Below, piece by piece: positions 1 to 7,631 of a stretch of 38,533 nt of DNA. Position 1 is the first letter of the stretch. Every line of letters starts with the position of its first letter. The translations under genes were made by a program, and so were the position numbers. The notes under the pieces were generated by a model. It ran no database searches. It was not told the DNA's origin and saw only the letters and a program-made list of their open reading frames with translations. This DNA comes from a virus (Duplodnaviria; Heunggongvirae; Uroviricota; Caudoviricetes). The stretch lies in the IMG/VR virus record IMGVR_UViG_2531839666_000019; one strand, 5' to 3'.

Positions 1-405
1 TCATTGGTTTACTCCCACGTTAATTGCCGCCATTGCGCTTTGAGCAATATCCATGTCTTGTTCAACGCTACCGCCGCTGATGCCAAGCCCGCCAAGCAAT
101 TTTCCGTCACGCCAGAGGGGGAAGCCGCCACCAAAAGTGACGACTTTGCCTTGCATATGGCTTTCGAGCCCGTAAAGCGGCGCGCCGGGTTGCACGGTAT
201 CAGCAAGTTTGTGGGTTGCCGTTTTCATCGCCACGGCGGTCCAGGCTTTTTTCGGTGCCAGTTCACTGCTGACCAACAGGGCATCAGGCATCCGCCAGGT
301 AACACTTTCTGTTCCGTTGGCATCAACAATGCTGATGACAACGGGATGATGCGCCGCGCGATAAATGTACCAATTTCCGTGAGATAAATTACATCGCTGC
401 GGCAT
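1..405 (-). CDS. GlcG/DUF336-family (heme-binding-like) protein; flanking host gene or terminal cargo
   Basis: 134-aa ORF with motif FGGGFPLWRDGKLLGGLGISGGSVEQDMDIAQSA typical of GlcG/DUF336; stop codon is at bases 1-3 and ATG at 405. Confidence 0.55.
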   Translation of the reverse strand: MPQRCNLSHGNWYIYRAAHHPVVISIVDANGTESVTWRMPDALLVSSELAPKKAWTAVAMKTATHKLADTVQPGAPLYGLESHMQGKVVTFGGGFPLWRDGKLLGGLGISGGSVEQDMDIAQSAMAAINVGVNQ

Positions 406-424
406 TTCAATATCTGAAAAAGAA

Positions 425-997
425 TTACAACTTAGCTTGAGTTTGGAGTTCCTCTACAGGGTGATAACGATAAATCGTCGATATACCGATATCGTAAATA
501 ATTGCCAACTGTTTCCTGCTATAGCCATTTTTGATCAGCCTTGCTATTTGTTCATGTTGCTCTTTTGTCAGTTTCGGACGGCGTCCGCCAATACGCCCCT
601 GTGCACGTGCTGCCTCAAGTCCGGCCAGTGTTCGTTCAACTATTAATTCGCGCTCCATTTCCGCTAAAGCCCCCATGACGTGAAAAAAGAAACGTCCCAT
701 GGGTGTTGACGTATCAATGCTGTCTGTAAGACTACGGAAATTAACCCCTTTTCCCCGCAGTTCCTCAATAAGAGTGATAAGGTGTTTCATGCTTCTGCCC
801 AGCCTATCCAGCTTCCAGACAACGAGCGTATCTCCTTCTGATAACGTTCTGAGCAGCTTTTTCAATCCCGGTCGGGCTGACTTTGTTCCGCTGATTTTAT
901 CCTCAAAAATCAGTTCACATCCTGCGCAGTTCAGTGCGTTTCGTTGTAAATCTGTATTCTGGTCATTTGTTGACACACGAATGTAGCCAATTTGCAT
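425..997 (-). CDS. serine recombinase, DNA invertase of the Gin/Pin/Hin/Cin family
   Basis: Protein begins MQIGYIRVSTNDQNTDLQRNAL (catalytic Ser in the YIRVST motif), has a resolvase core and C-terminal HTH, and is very close in pattern to phage Mu Gin; start trimmed from ORF-track 1192 to the ATG at 997. Confidence 0.9.
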   Translation of the reverse strand: MQIGYIRVSTNDQNTDLQRNALNCAGCELIFEDKISGTKSARPGLKKLLRTLSEGDTLVVWKLDRLGRSMKHLITLIEELRGKGVNFRSLTDSIDTSTPMGRFFFHVMGALAEMERELIVERTLAGLEAARAQGRIGGRRPKLTKEQHEQIARLIKNGYSRKQLAIIYDIGISTIYRYHPVEELQTQAKL

Positions 998-1051
998 GAA
1001 AAATATCCTCTTTGTTTTGTTAAAAATACATAGCTGGTATAGGTGGGAGTT

Positions 1052-1079
1052 AAGACGAAAACGTTGGTTTGGGGGAAGG
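1052..1079 (+). other. gix/hix-like crossover site A (variable left half, TT core at 1064-1065, conserved right half GGTTTGGGGGAAGG)
   Basis: Sequence GACGAAAACG-TT-GGTTTGGGGGAAGG matches the AAACC-NN-GGTTT architecture of Gin/Hin sites; the same right half recurs at sites B, C and, inverted, D. Confidence 0.7.
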
Positions 1080-1530
1080 CTCTGCACTACCTGTTGGTGT
1101 GCCTGTTCCGTGGCCGTCAGCCACACCGCCAGCAGGGTGGCTGAAATGTAACGGCGCAGCATTTTCTTCTGAAATGTACCCCAGGCTGGCAAAGGCTTAT
1201 CCGACCAATAAATTACCGGATTTACGGGGCGAATTTATCCGTGGCTGGGATGACGGACGAGGTATTGATGCAGGACGAGAGATACTTTCATTTCAGGAAG
1301 GCACTATCGTCTCCGGTTTTGATGATAATGATACTGGGGATATCAGTTCACTCAGCTCAACACAATACGGATTTGGTGACACTTTAACCTCTAATCAATG
1401 GGGGGCCATAAATGGCAAAAAGTGGATATTTGATGCATCCAGTAAAGGTGCCCAAAAATATGACTGGTGGGCTTATGTATCAGCTCGTCCGCGTAATATT
1501 GCATTTAATTACATCGTAAGAGCGGCATAG
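1066..1530 (+). CDS. silent alternative tail-fibre C-terminal cassette A (no ATG start; expressed only after inversion)
   Basis: Begins GEGSALPVGVPVPWPSATPPAGWLKCNGAAF, the same sequence that follows site D in the expressed tail fibre; ends with conserved RPRNIAFNYIVRAA; ORF-track start is TTG inside the gix site. Confidence 0.75.
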   Translation, partial: GLGEGSALPVGVPVPWPSATPPAGWLKCNGAAFSSEMYPRLAKAYPTNKLPDLRGEFIRGWDDGRGIDAGREILSFQEGTIVSGFDDNDTGDISSLSSTQYGFGDTLTSNQWGAINGKKWIFDASSKGAQKYDWWAYVSARPRNIAFNYIVRAA

Positions 1531-1551
1531 AAACGTTGGTTTGGGGGAAGG
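1524..1551 (+). other. gix/hix-like crossover site B
   Basis: ATAGAAACG-TT-GGTTTGGGGGAAGG, core at 1536-1537, immediately after the stop codon of cassette A. Confidence 0.7.
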
Positions 1552-1969
1552 CTCTGCACTGCCCGTTGGTGTGCCTGTTCCGTGGCCCTCAGCCACACCG
1601 CCAACAGGCTGGCTGAAATGTAACGGTGCAGTATTTTCTGCTGGGAAGTACCCCAAACTGGCACAGGCTTACCCCACCAATAAATTACCGGATTTACGGG
1701 GCGAATTTATTCGTGGCTGGGATGATGGACGTGGAGTGGACAATGGGCGAGCATTATTAAGCAGGCAGGAGGCTACAAATTTTTCTTATTACGGAGGTAA
1801 TTTCGATATTGGGTCTGGTCATTCAATCAATAACTATGACCAAATCGTTGACAACCAACCTGGATTCTCCCGTTTTTCATTTGCAGGTCCTTCGCGAGGC
1901 GATGGGGTTAATTTTGTGACCATTCGTCCTCGTAATATTGCGTTTAATTACATCGTAAGGGCAGCATGA
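1538..1969 (+). CDS. silent alternative tail-fibre C-terminal cassette B
   Basis: Same conserved N-terminal block and C-terminal RPRNIAFNYIVRAA with a different central region; starts in gix site B. Confidence 0.75.
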   Translation, partial: GLGEGSALPVGVPVPWPSATPPTGWLKCNGAVFSAGKYPKLAQAYPTNKLPDLRGEFIRGWDDGRGVDNGRALLSRQEATNFSYYGGNFDIGSGHSINNYDQIVDNQPGFSRFSFAGPSRGDGVNFVTIRPRNIAFNYIVRAA

Positions 1970-1990
1970 AAACGTTGGTTTGGGGGAAGG
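1963..1990 (+). other. gix/hix-like crossover site C
   Basis: CATGAAAACG-TT-GGTTTGGGGGAAGG, core at 1975-1976, immediately after the stop codon of cassette B. Confidence 0.7.
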
Positions 1991-2483
1991 CTCTGCACTA
2001 CCTGTTGGTGTGCCTGTTCCGTGGCCGTCAGCCACACCGCCAGCAGGGTGGCTGAAATGTAACGGCGCAGCATTTTCTTCTGAAATGTACCCCTGGCTGG
2101 CAAAGGCTTATCCGACCAATAAATTACCGGATTTACGGGGCGAATTTATCCGTGGCTGGGATGACGGACGGGGAATTGATTCAGGGCGTTTCTTGCTTAA
2201 TGCACAACCACATTCGGTTATGGATCATACTCACTATATGGAGTTATGGACCGGTGAAGGGCTTGCTGCAAACAGCACCCGTGCAGGAACAAACCCTGGT
2301 ATACTGGCTACATACGGTGATGGCGGGATTGTTAAAACAGATGAGTCAGGTGTAAAAGTTCCATCTTCACTACGTGCTATTGGCACTCGTGGTGTTTATA
2401 GATTAGGTGCCAACGGAGGGAATACAGGAACGGAAAACCGCCCCCGTAATATTGCGTTTAACTATATTGTAAGGGCTACTTAA
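1977..2483 (+). CDS. silent alternative tail-fibre C-terminal cassette C
   Basis: Same conserved block (about 125 bp identical to the expressed copy) and C-terminal motif; stop overlaps the tfa start (TAATG at 2481-2485). Confidence 0.75.
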   Translation, partial: GLGEGSALPVGVPVPWPSATPPAGWLKCNGAAFSSEMYPWLAKAYPTNKLPDLRGEFIRGWDDGRGIDSGRFLLNAQPHSVMDHTHYMELWTGEGLAANSTRAGTNPGILATYGDGGIVKTDESGVKVPSSLRAIGTRGVYRLGANGGNTGTENRPRNIAFNYIVRAT

Positions 2484-3100
2484 TGAATAATGCTGCTGCA
2501 GTACTTGATCAGAATGGTATCGCTATAACTGCAGGCGATATTACCGTTTATAACTACGATGCTGAAAACCGTGAATATCTCTCTGCCACTGTTGAATATC
2601 TCGCTTATGGTGTTGGAATTCCGGCTCACTCATGCATTGACGCGCCACCAGAAAAACGCCCCGGCTTCGCTGTCTGTCGTGATACCGACCAGAACATCTG
2701 GAAATATGTTCCAGACCACAGAGGCGAAACGGTTTACAGCACAGAGAATGGTAACGCTGTGCAAATCACACAGCCGGGAGATTACCCTTCAGATACGACG
2801 GTGAAACAGCCAGCTACCATCTATGATGTCTGGGATGGTGAGACCTGGGTGACAGATACGAGACGACAGCACGCAGCAGAACTGGAAGCTGCCGGAGCGC
2901 ATCGTCAGCAACTTGAGGAACAGGCAATGGCATCTGTTGAGCTTATTAATCTCAAACTACGAGCCGGACGCCGATTGACGCCCCAGGAGACGGAAAAACT
3001 AAACGCCGTGCTTGATTTCATAGATGCGCTTAATGCGACTGACATCAGCACTGCACCGGATATCAACTGGCCGGAAATGCCTCTGGCAGCAGCCAGTTGA
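2483..3100 (+). CDS. tail fibre assembly protein (Tfa/U-like chaperone)
   Basis: 205-aa protein with the typical Tfa N-terminal region; lies directly downstream of cassette C and converges on the expressed tail fibre. Confidence 0.75.
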   Translation: MNNAAAVLDQNGIAITAGDITVYNYDAENREYLSATVEYLAYGVGIPAHSCIDAPPEKRPGFAVCRDTDQNIWKYVPDHRGETVYSTENGNAVQITQPGDYPSDTTVKQPATIYDVWDGETWVTDTRRQHAAELEAAGAHRQQLEEQAMASVELINLKLRAGRRLTPQETEKLNAVLDFIDALNATDISTAPDINWPEMPLAAAS

Positions 3101-3106
3101 GTATAA

Positions 3107-4075
3107 TTAAGCCGCCCTCACGATATAGTTAAATGCAATATTGCGGGGGCGAGTTTCACTACCACCAGTGTTACCAATACTTCCTCGTGAATGAAGCGTT
3201 GGTGATGGAATCAAACTCCCTCCTGTATTTGCAGCATCAAGTCCCCGGCCTTGTGAATATGTTTTTTTGAAAATTGTGGCCAACTCCCATTCATCCTTTG
3301 TGTCATACCCATCGTTAGCTACAACAATATGGCGGTGTTTTTCCAGCATCCCAGTTTGAAAGCTCAATAAAGCACGTCCTGCATCAATCCCTCGCCCGTC
3401 ATCCCAGCCACGGATAAATTCGCCCCGTAAATCCGGTAATTTATTGGTCGGATAAGCCTTTGCCAGCCAGGGGTACATTTCAGAAGAAAATGCTGCGCCG
3501 TTACATTTCAGCCACCCTGCTGGTGGTGTTGCTGAGGGCCACGGAACGGGCACACCAACGGGCAGCGCAGAGCCTTCCCCCAAACCAAGGTTTTTGACAA
3601 ACAGCGCAGGATCAGGAATATCTGCGCCGTTCTGGTCTTTAGCCAGCTTTTCCGCCAGCTTGTTCAGTACCGTAGTCGCAAAGTTTGGATCATTACCGAG
3701 AGCGTCAGCCAGCTCTTTAAGCGTATCCAGTGTCTCAGGGGCGCTGCCTGCAAGCGCCGCAAGTGCTTTGGCCACAAACTCCGTCGTCGCCAGCTTTTTG
3801 CTGTTATCGCCATTTGCAGGTGTAGGTGCTGTTGGTGTGCCGGTGAATGCCGGACTGGCTTTCGGTGCATACTGGGCATGCGGGTCTGCTGCCGCGATGT
3901 GTTTCGCAAGGTCAGCCCCGCCTTTTTCAACCTGTTGCTTCAGGTACAGCGTGCGGCTGGCCAGTTGTTTACCCTGACGGTTAGAAATTCCGTCAGGCCC
4001 GCCCAGAACGGGGTCAGAGACCTCAATCTGGTAGATGCCGTCTTCCCACTGTGGGGTTTCAGGTAGATTTGCCAT
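3107..4075 (-). CDS. tail fibre protein (constant N-terminal part plus currently expressed variable C-terminal cassette D, 3107-3586)
   Basis: 322-aa protein; N-terminal tail-fibre region followed after site D by the GEGSALPVGV block and the RPRNIAFNYIVRAA terminus. Confidence 0.85.
   Translation of the reverse strand: MANLPETPQWEDGIYQIEVSDPVLGGPDGISNRQGKQLASRTLYLKQQVEKGGADLAKHIAAADPHAQYAPKASPAFTGTPTAPTPANGDNSKKLATTEFVAKALAALAGSAPETLDTLKELADALGNDPNFATTVLNKLAEKLAKDQNGADIPDPALFVKNLGLGEGSALPVGVPVPWPSATPPAGWLKCNGAAFSSEMYPWLAKAYPTNKLPDLRGEFIRGWDDGRGIDAGRALLSFQTGMLEKHRHIVVANDGYDTKDEWELATIFKKTYSQGRGLDAANTGGSLIPSPTLHSRGSIGNTGGSETRPRNIAFNYIVRAA
3573..3600 (-). other. gix/hix-like crossover site D, inverted relative to A-C, inside the expressed tail-fibre gene
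   Basis: Plus strand reads CCTTCCCCCAAACC-AA-GGTTTTTGACAA, a near-palindrome resembling hixL; core at 3587-3588; encodes FVKNLGLGEG of the tail fibre. Confidence 0.75.
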
Positions 4076-4077
4076 AA

Positions 4078-4656
4078 TTAACTGCTCCCGTGGTTGTAAC
4101 TACCGTCATAACGGGTAGTACTGTTGTATCGAATGGCGACAGACTGATATTCCAGGCTTGCCAGATGGCAGCGAGCCGGAGCAAAGGCAGCGAGCGTCTG
4201 ACGTAACAGCGCTGCCTGATCATTAGTGATGGGCTGTTGAAGGATGACCCGATAGACTGCCCAGGCTTGTGCATCGCCATGGACGAAAAGTCCGTTGTAA
4301 CTGTGTTTACCGTCGTAGCCGATCTGCCCCGTACCTTCTATCAGCTCTACTTCGCCAAAGCCAAAACGGCGGATAATTTCCCGGATTGACCACGGCGTTC
4401 CTTTATAGCGGTGTAGCTCGATAGCGGATTTGATAAGCATGCGGCGTACATCGTCCGATTCCGCCAGTTCCCAGCCATCGCCGAACAACGAGAACTGCTC
4501 GCCCAGCCATGGCAGCGCGGAACTGTCGACGATATCGACGAGACAGACCATCAGTACGCTCAGGTCGATGTTATCCAGCCGTTCGGCCAGTCTTCCCAGC
4601 GTTTTGAGACTGATATCACCCTCAAGCGGTGGCGGTAGTCGTAGCGCCTCAGCCAT
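4078..4656 (-). CDS. tail/baseplate protein, Mu gp48-like (DUF2313/YmfQ-like)
   Basis: 192-aa ORF in the conserved position between baseplate J-like and tail fibre genes. Confidence 0.6.
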   Translation of the reverse strand: MAEALRLPPPLEGDISLKTLGRLAERLDNIDLSVLMVCLVDIVDSSALPWLGEQFSLFGDGWELAESDDVRRMLIKSAIELHRYKGTPWSIREIIRRFGFGEVELIEGTGQIGYDGKHSYNGLFVHGDAQAWAVYRVILQQPITNDQAALLRQTLAAFAPARCHLASLEYQSVAIRYNSTTRYDGSYNHGSS

Positions 4657-5752
4657 CGGACACCCCTGTCACGTTAAGAGTGATTGCCGTACAGTTTGCC
4701 CATTCGTTTTCTGCAACCACCCGCAGTGCCGGTGTCACCAGTTCAACCTGGTACACCCCGGAAACGGACAATGCACTGATAATCTGGCTGGGGACAATAT
4801 CGCGTCCCAGCGTGGCGGCACGTGATGCCACCCAGTTCTGTATGGCGCTGTTAGCGTTGTCCTTTACCGACATTGCATCCTGATCACGATAGATCGTAAT
4901 CCTGGCTTCAATGGTGTAATCCACCTGAACAGGTGTTTTAGCCCGCACGGTATCAGTGAGTGGTCTGACTTTTTCGTCAGAACAGAAACTCTCTACCAGA
5001 GTGAGGATACTGCTGTCTGGCAGACCAGTGCTGAGCAGTGGATACAGCTCGACAGTACCGGGAACGGGAGAAAGAACAGCGACGTCGACAATACTGGGAT
5101 GCGCCCCCATGGCATGAAAACGGTATGCACCACGGCTTCCGGCATTGGTGAATGACTCCGGGGCCAGCCTGATACGCTCCCGGAGTCGGTCATTGTCTTC
5201 CTGCTCTGAACCGCCAGTGCTGGCCGTCAGATTGGTCACCAGCAGGTCAACGTTATCAATCTCATCAAGCAGCTGACTGACCTGAGCCGGTTGCCAGCCG
5301 TTGCCAGAGGTACCCGGCTCAGTACAGGTGGCAGGGGCATTGACCAGTTGCAAACCGGCCTTCAGCACTACATCTGTATCGGTGGCAAAAATCACGCTGT
5401 CGGAAGCGCTGACGCGGGTGCCTGCCGGGATCAGCACATCAATGGCCAGTGCCTCATCCACAGAGAACTGAAGTGTGGTGGTGGCAGGCTGCGCGGGAAG
5501 GCGGTATACACCAACCAGTTCTCCGAGGTAATCAATCATCGGCTCCCGGGAAAAGGCGACCAGATTCAGCTTCGCCGCCTCCTGTACCGCCACCCTGACC
5601 AGCATTTCGCGATAGGCCCACAGATCTATTAGCAGACGTTCTGCCTGTGCCGGGTACAACGTTTTGCCGGTATCCGCTTCATATTTCGCAATCATTTCTG
5701 CCGTGATTTTATCGGCATCGAGTTCAATAAAATCGGGTTCTGTCAGCGCCAT
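4649..5752 (-). CDS. baseplate J-like protein (Mu gp47-like)
   Basis: 367-aa ORF, position and size typical of baseplate J family; overlaps neighbours by a few bases in operon fashion. Confidence 0.75.
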   Translation of the reverse strand: MALTEPDFIELDADKITAEMIAKYEADTGKTLYPAQAERLLIDLWAYREMLVRVAVQEAAKLNLVAFSREPMIDYLGELVGVYRLPAQPATTTLQFSVDEALAIDVLIPAGTRVSASDSVIFATDTDVVLKAGLQLVNAPATCTEPGTSGNGWQPAQVSQLLDEIDNVDLLVTNLTASTGGSEQEDNDRLRERIRLAPESFTNAGSRGAYRFHAMGAHPSIVDVAVLSPVPGTVELYPLLSTGLPDSSILTLVESFCSDEKVRPLTDTVRAKTPVQVDYTIEARITIYRDQDAMSVKDNANSAIQNWVASRAATLGRDIVPSQIISALSVSGVYQVELVTPALRVVAENEWANCTAITLNVTGVSDG

Positions 5753-6090
5753 AGCAGTTCCTGAGTACGGGGTTGTCCGTCTGAGCCTTTCCAGCTCACC
5801 CGGAGCGTAAGATGTTCGCCGTCGACGGCGGGTTTAACCGACATAAGCTGGCAGCGGGGTTCCCAGCGCCTGATGGCATCGACGGATTCGCGAACCACAT
5901 GCGGAATGGCCCGGTCGACAGGCCAGTCGATATAAAGGTGCAGATTGCTGCCGAACTCTGGGCGATGCGGGTCGCTGCCGCGGGGAGTCCGCAGGATGAT
6001 CTGGATGGACTGCTGGATATCATCCAGCCCCCGGACGATTTCGCCGGGAGCCTGCAGAGCCGGTTGCCAGAATACTGAGGTCGTTTTCAT
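5743..6090 (-). CDS. baseplate protein, GPW/gp25-like (Mu gp46-like)
   Basis: 115-aa ORF with typical size and position; N-terminus MKTTSVFWQPALQAPGEIVRGLDDIQQSI. Confidence 0.7.
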   Translation of the reverse strand: MKTTSVFWQPALQAPGEIVRGLDDIQQSIQIILRTPRGSDPHRPEFGSNLHLYIDWPVDRAIPHVVRESVDAIRRWEPRCQLMSVKPAVDGEHLTLRVSWKGSDGQPRTQELLWR

Positions 6091-6161
6091 GGGGGCAGTA
6101 TTGCCCCAGTAAGAAAAGAACGATATTAAAGGGATTTAAAAAGGAGTTATTGATACGTTTG

Positions 6162-7037
6162 TTAAATTACGAAAACCTTGACGATAAGTTCTCCGTCTTT
6201 AGAAACTCTCTTCCCCTCAAGATCAGATTTCAGCCCCTCAGAATTAGTAATAAGCTGGTTCGGATCGTAGATGACACACCAGAGATTTTTGCAATCAGAG
6301 TGCCGACGATAATGCTCTATATCGATAATAAGTTCATCGCCGATTTTCTTTGCATGAGAACGATCACGAACAATTTTGGTTTCCAGTACTAATTTATGCG
6401 CAGGTAACAAAAAATCCATTCGAGTACTTGAACCAGCGTAACTTGGAGTAAACTCTTCTGGGCGGATGTCCTGAACCCATGGTCTGAGCAATGCATGGAG
6501 AAGGTCTTGCACGTCATATTCATTGCTAAAAGATAATGACTGGCTTCCTTTTCGCCTATGAGTAAGTGGATGCATTGCTCGCTGTAAGCCTTTGACCAGC
6601 CTTTCCAGTAAGTTCTCAACTTTTTCTGGCATTACTGGCTGTTGATAAGTAATTATGGTCTCTGGGTAATCCATATTGTGTGACGGGATGTGGCCTTCAG
6701 GCAACACTCGACCAAAACGATAATATCTAAGTCCATTCTCTTGTAACACAGCTTCAATTCTGTCTCGTTTTTCCTTCCATTCTGCATATTCGGGAGTACC
6801 TTCTTTTGGAGGTAAATCCATAAACTCCTCAATTACTCCGCCCAGAACTGCCAGACTATCTGTATCTGGATCTTGCCCTGCAAGAAATAACCAGTCTTTC
6901 CATTTTGTACTATGAGATCCTGCCGGAGGGTTTCCTGGTGCTCCCGAAGTAAGAAATAACGTATCTAAAGCTGCATGAGAGCCTGAGTTAGCAATGACAT
7001 CGCCAACTACTTTACATAAGGATCTTGATAACCGCAT
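6162..7037 (-). CDS. inserted accessory gene in the baseplate block; candidate PD-(D/E)xK-fold nuclease-like protein
   Basis: 291-aa ORF, visibly AT-richer than flanking genes, flanked by 71-bp and 81-bp spacers; C-terminal region contains D-x11-E-x-K (MDFLLPAHKLVLETKIV). Confidence 0.5.
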   Translation of the reverse strand: MRLSRSLCKVVGDVIANSGSHAALDTLFLTSGAPGNPPAGSHSTKWKDWLFLAGQDPDTDSLAVLGGVIEEFMDLPPKEGTPEYAEWKEKRDRIEAVLQENGLRYYRFGRVLPEGHIPSHNMDYPETIITYQQPVMPEKVENLLERLVKGLQRAMHPLTHRRKGSQSLSFSNEYDVQDLLHALLRPWVQDIRPEEFTPSYAGSSTRMDFLLPAHKLVLETKIVRDRSHAKKIGDELIIDIEHYRRHSDCKNLWCVIYDPNQLITNSEGLKSDLEGKRVSKDGELIVKVFVI

Positions 7038-7118
7038 TTAAGTCCCCGCCAAATTAGTGTTAATTAAAAAATTCTATCATATCCGCGGGAGAGGAAATGG
7101 AGTCACATACTTGAAAAA

Positions 7119-7631
7119 TTAGTGAGAGTGATGATTGGAATTCTGTCCATCTGCAAATATGTTACCAGTCGCATGGGTACTCCCTTTGATTTCAAGATTG
7201 CCGTTCACCATGATAGTGTCAGCTGTCAAATCAATGGTTTTCCCTTTCAGACTAATACCCACTGCAACCTCGATCACCACATGCTCGATACCTCCTTTGA
7301 CCGTCAGCGTATGGGTCGCGCGGTCATAACTGAACTCCGCGCCATCAGCGTACTTCGTGCCCCGGACGTTTTTATCACCGAACGGCGGTTTATCGACGTC
7401 TGAGTACACCGCGCCCAGAATAACACCATCCTCGCCGTTGGCATCGAGCAGCACCTCAACCTGCTCCCCCACGTCAGGGAGCCAGTAATCCTTGTTATCC
7501 TGGGTATTGCGCTGCAGCACGTTAAGCCAGTTTGTGCGCAGATTATCGCATTCAGGCAGACGAACGCGGGCCTGAACCCTGTCGGCATCAACGGCACTGA
7601 CCGTACCGACCTGGCGGGTGACACCAGTCAT
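7119..7631 (-). CDS. baseplate spike/assembly protein V-like (Mu gp45-like)
   Basis: 170-aa ORF with typical size, position and small beta-rich sequence. Confidence 0.7.
   Translation of the reverse strand: MTGVTRQVGTVSAVDADRVQARVRLPECDNLRTNWLNVLQRNTQDNKDYWLPDVGEQVEVLLDANGEDGVILGAVYSDVDKPPFGDKNVRGTKYADGAEFSYDRATHTLTVKGGIEHVVIEVAVGISLKGKTIDLTADTIMVNGNLEIKGSTHATGNIFADGQNSNHHSH

Noticed and set aside
998-1192. N-terminal 65-residue extension of the invertase ORF
   Set aside because: The conserved invertase N-terminus MQIGYIRVSTNDQ starts at the ATG at 997; the extension overlaps the first crossover site and cassette A.
1069-2483. Three ORFs in the ORF track that each appear to start with MGEGSALPV, as if they were three independent genes
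   Set aside because: Their apparent start is a TTG inside the conserved recombination site, with no ribosome-binding site. They are silent cassettes that become coding only when fused to the tail-fibre N-terminal part by inversion.
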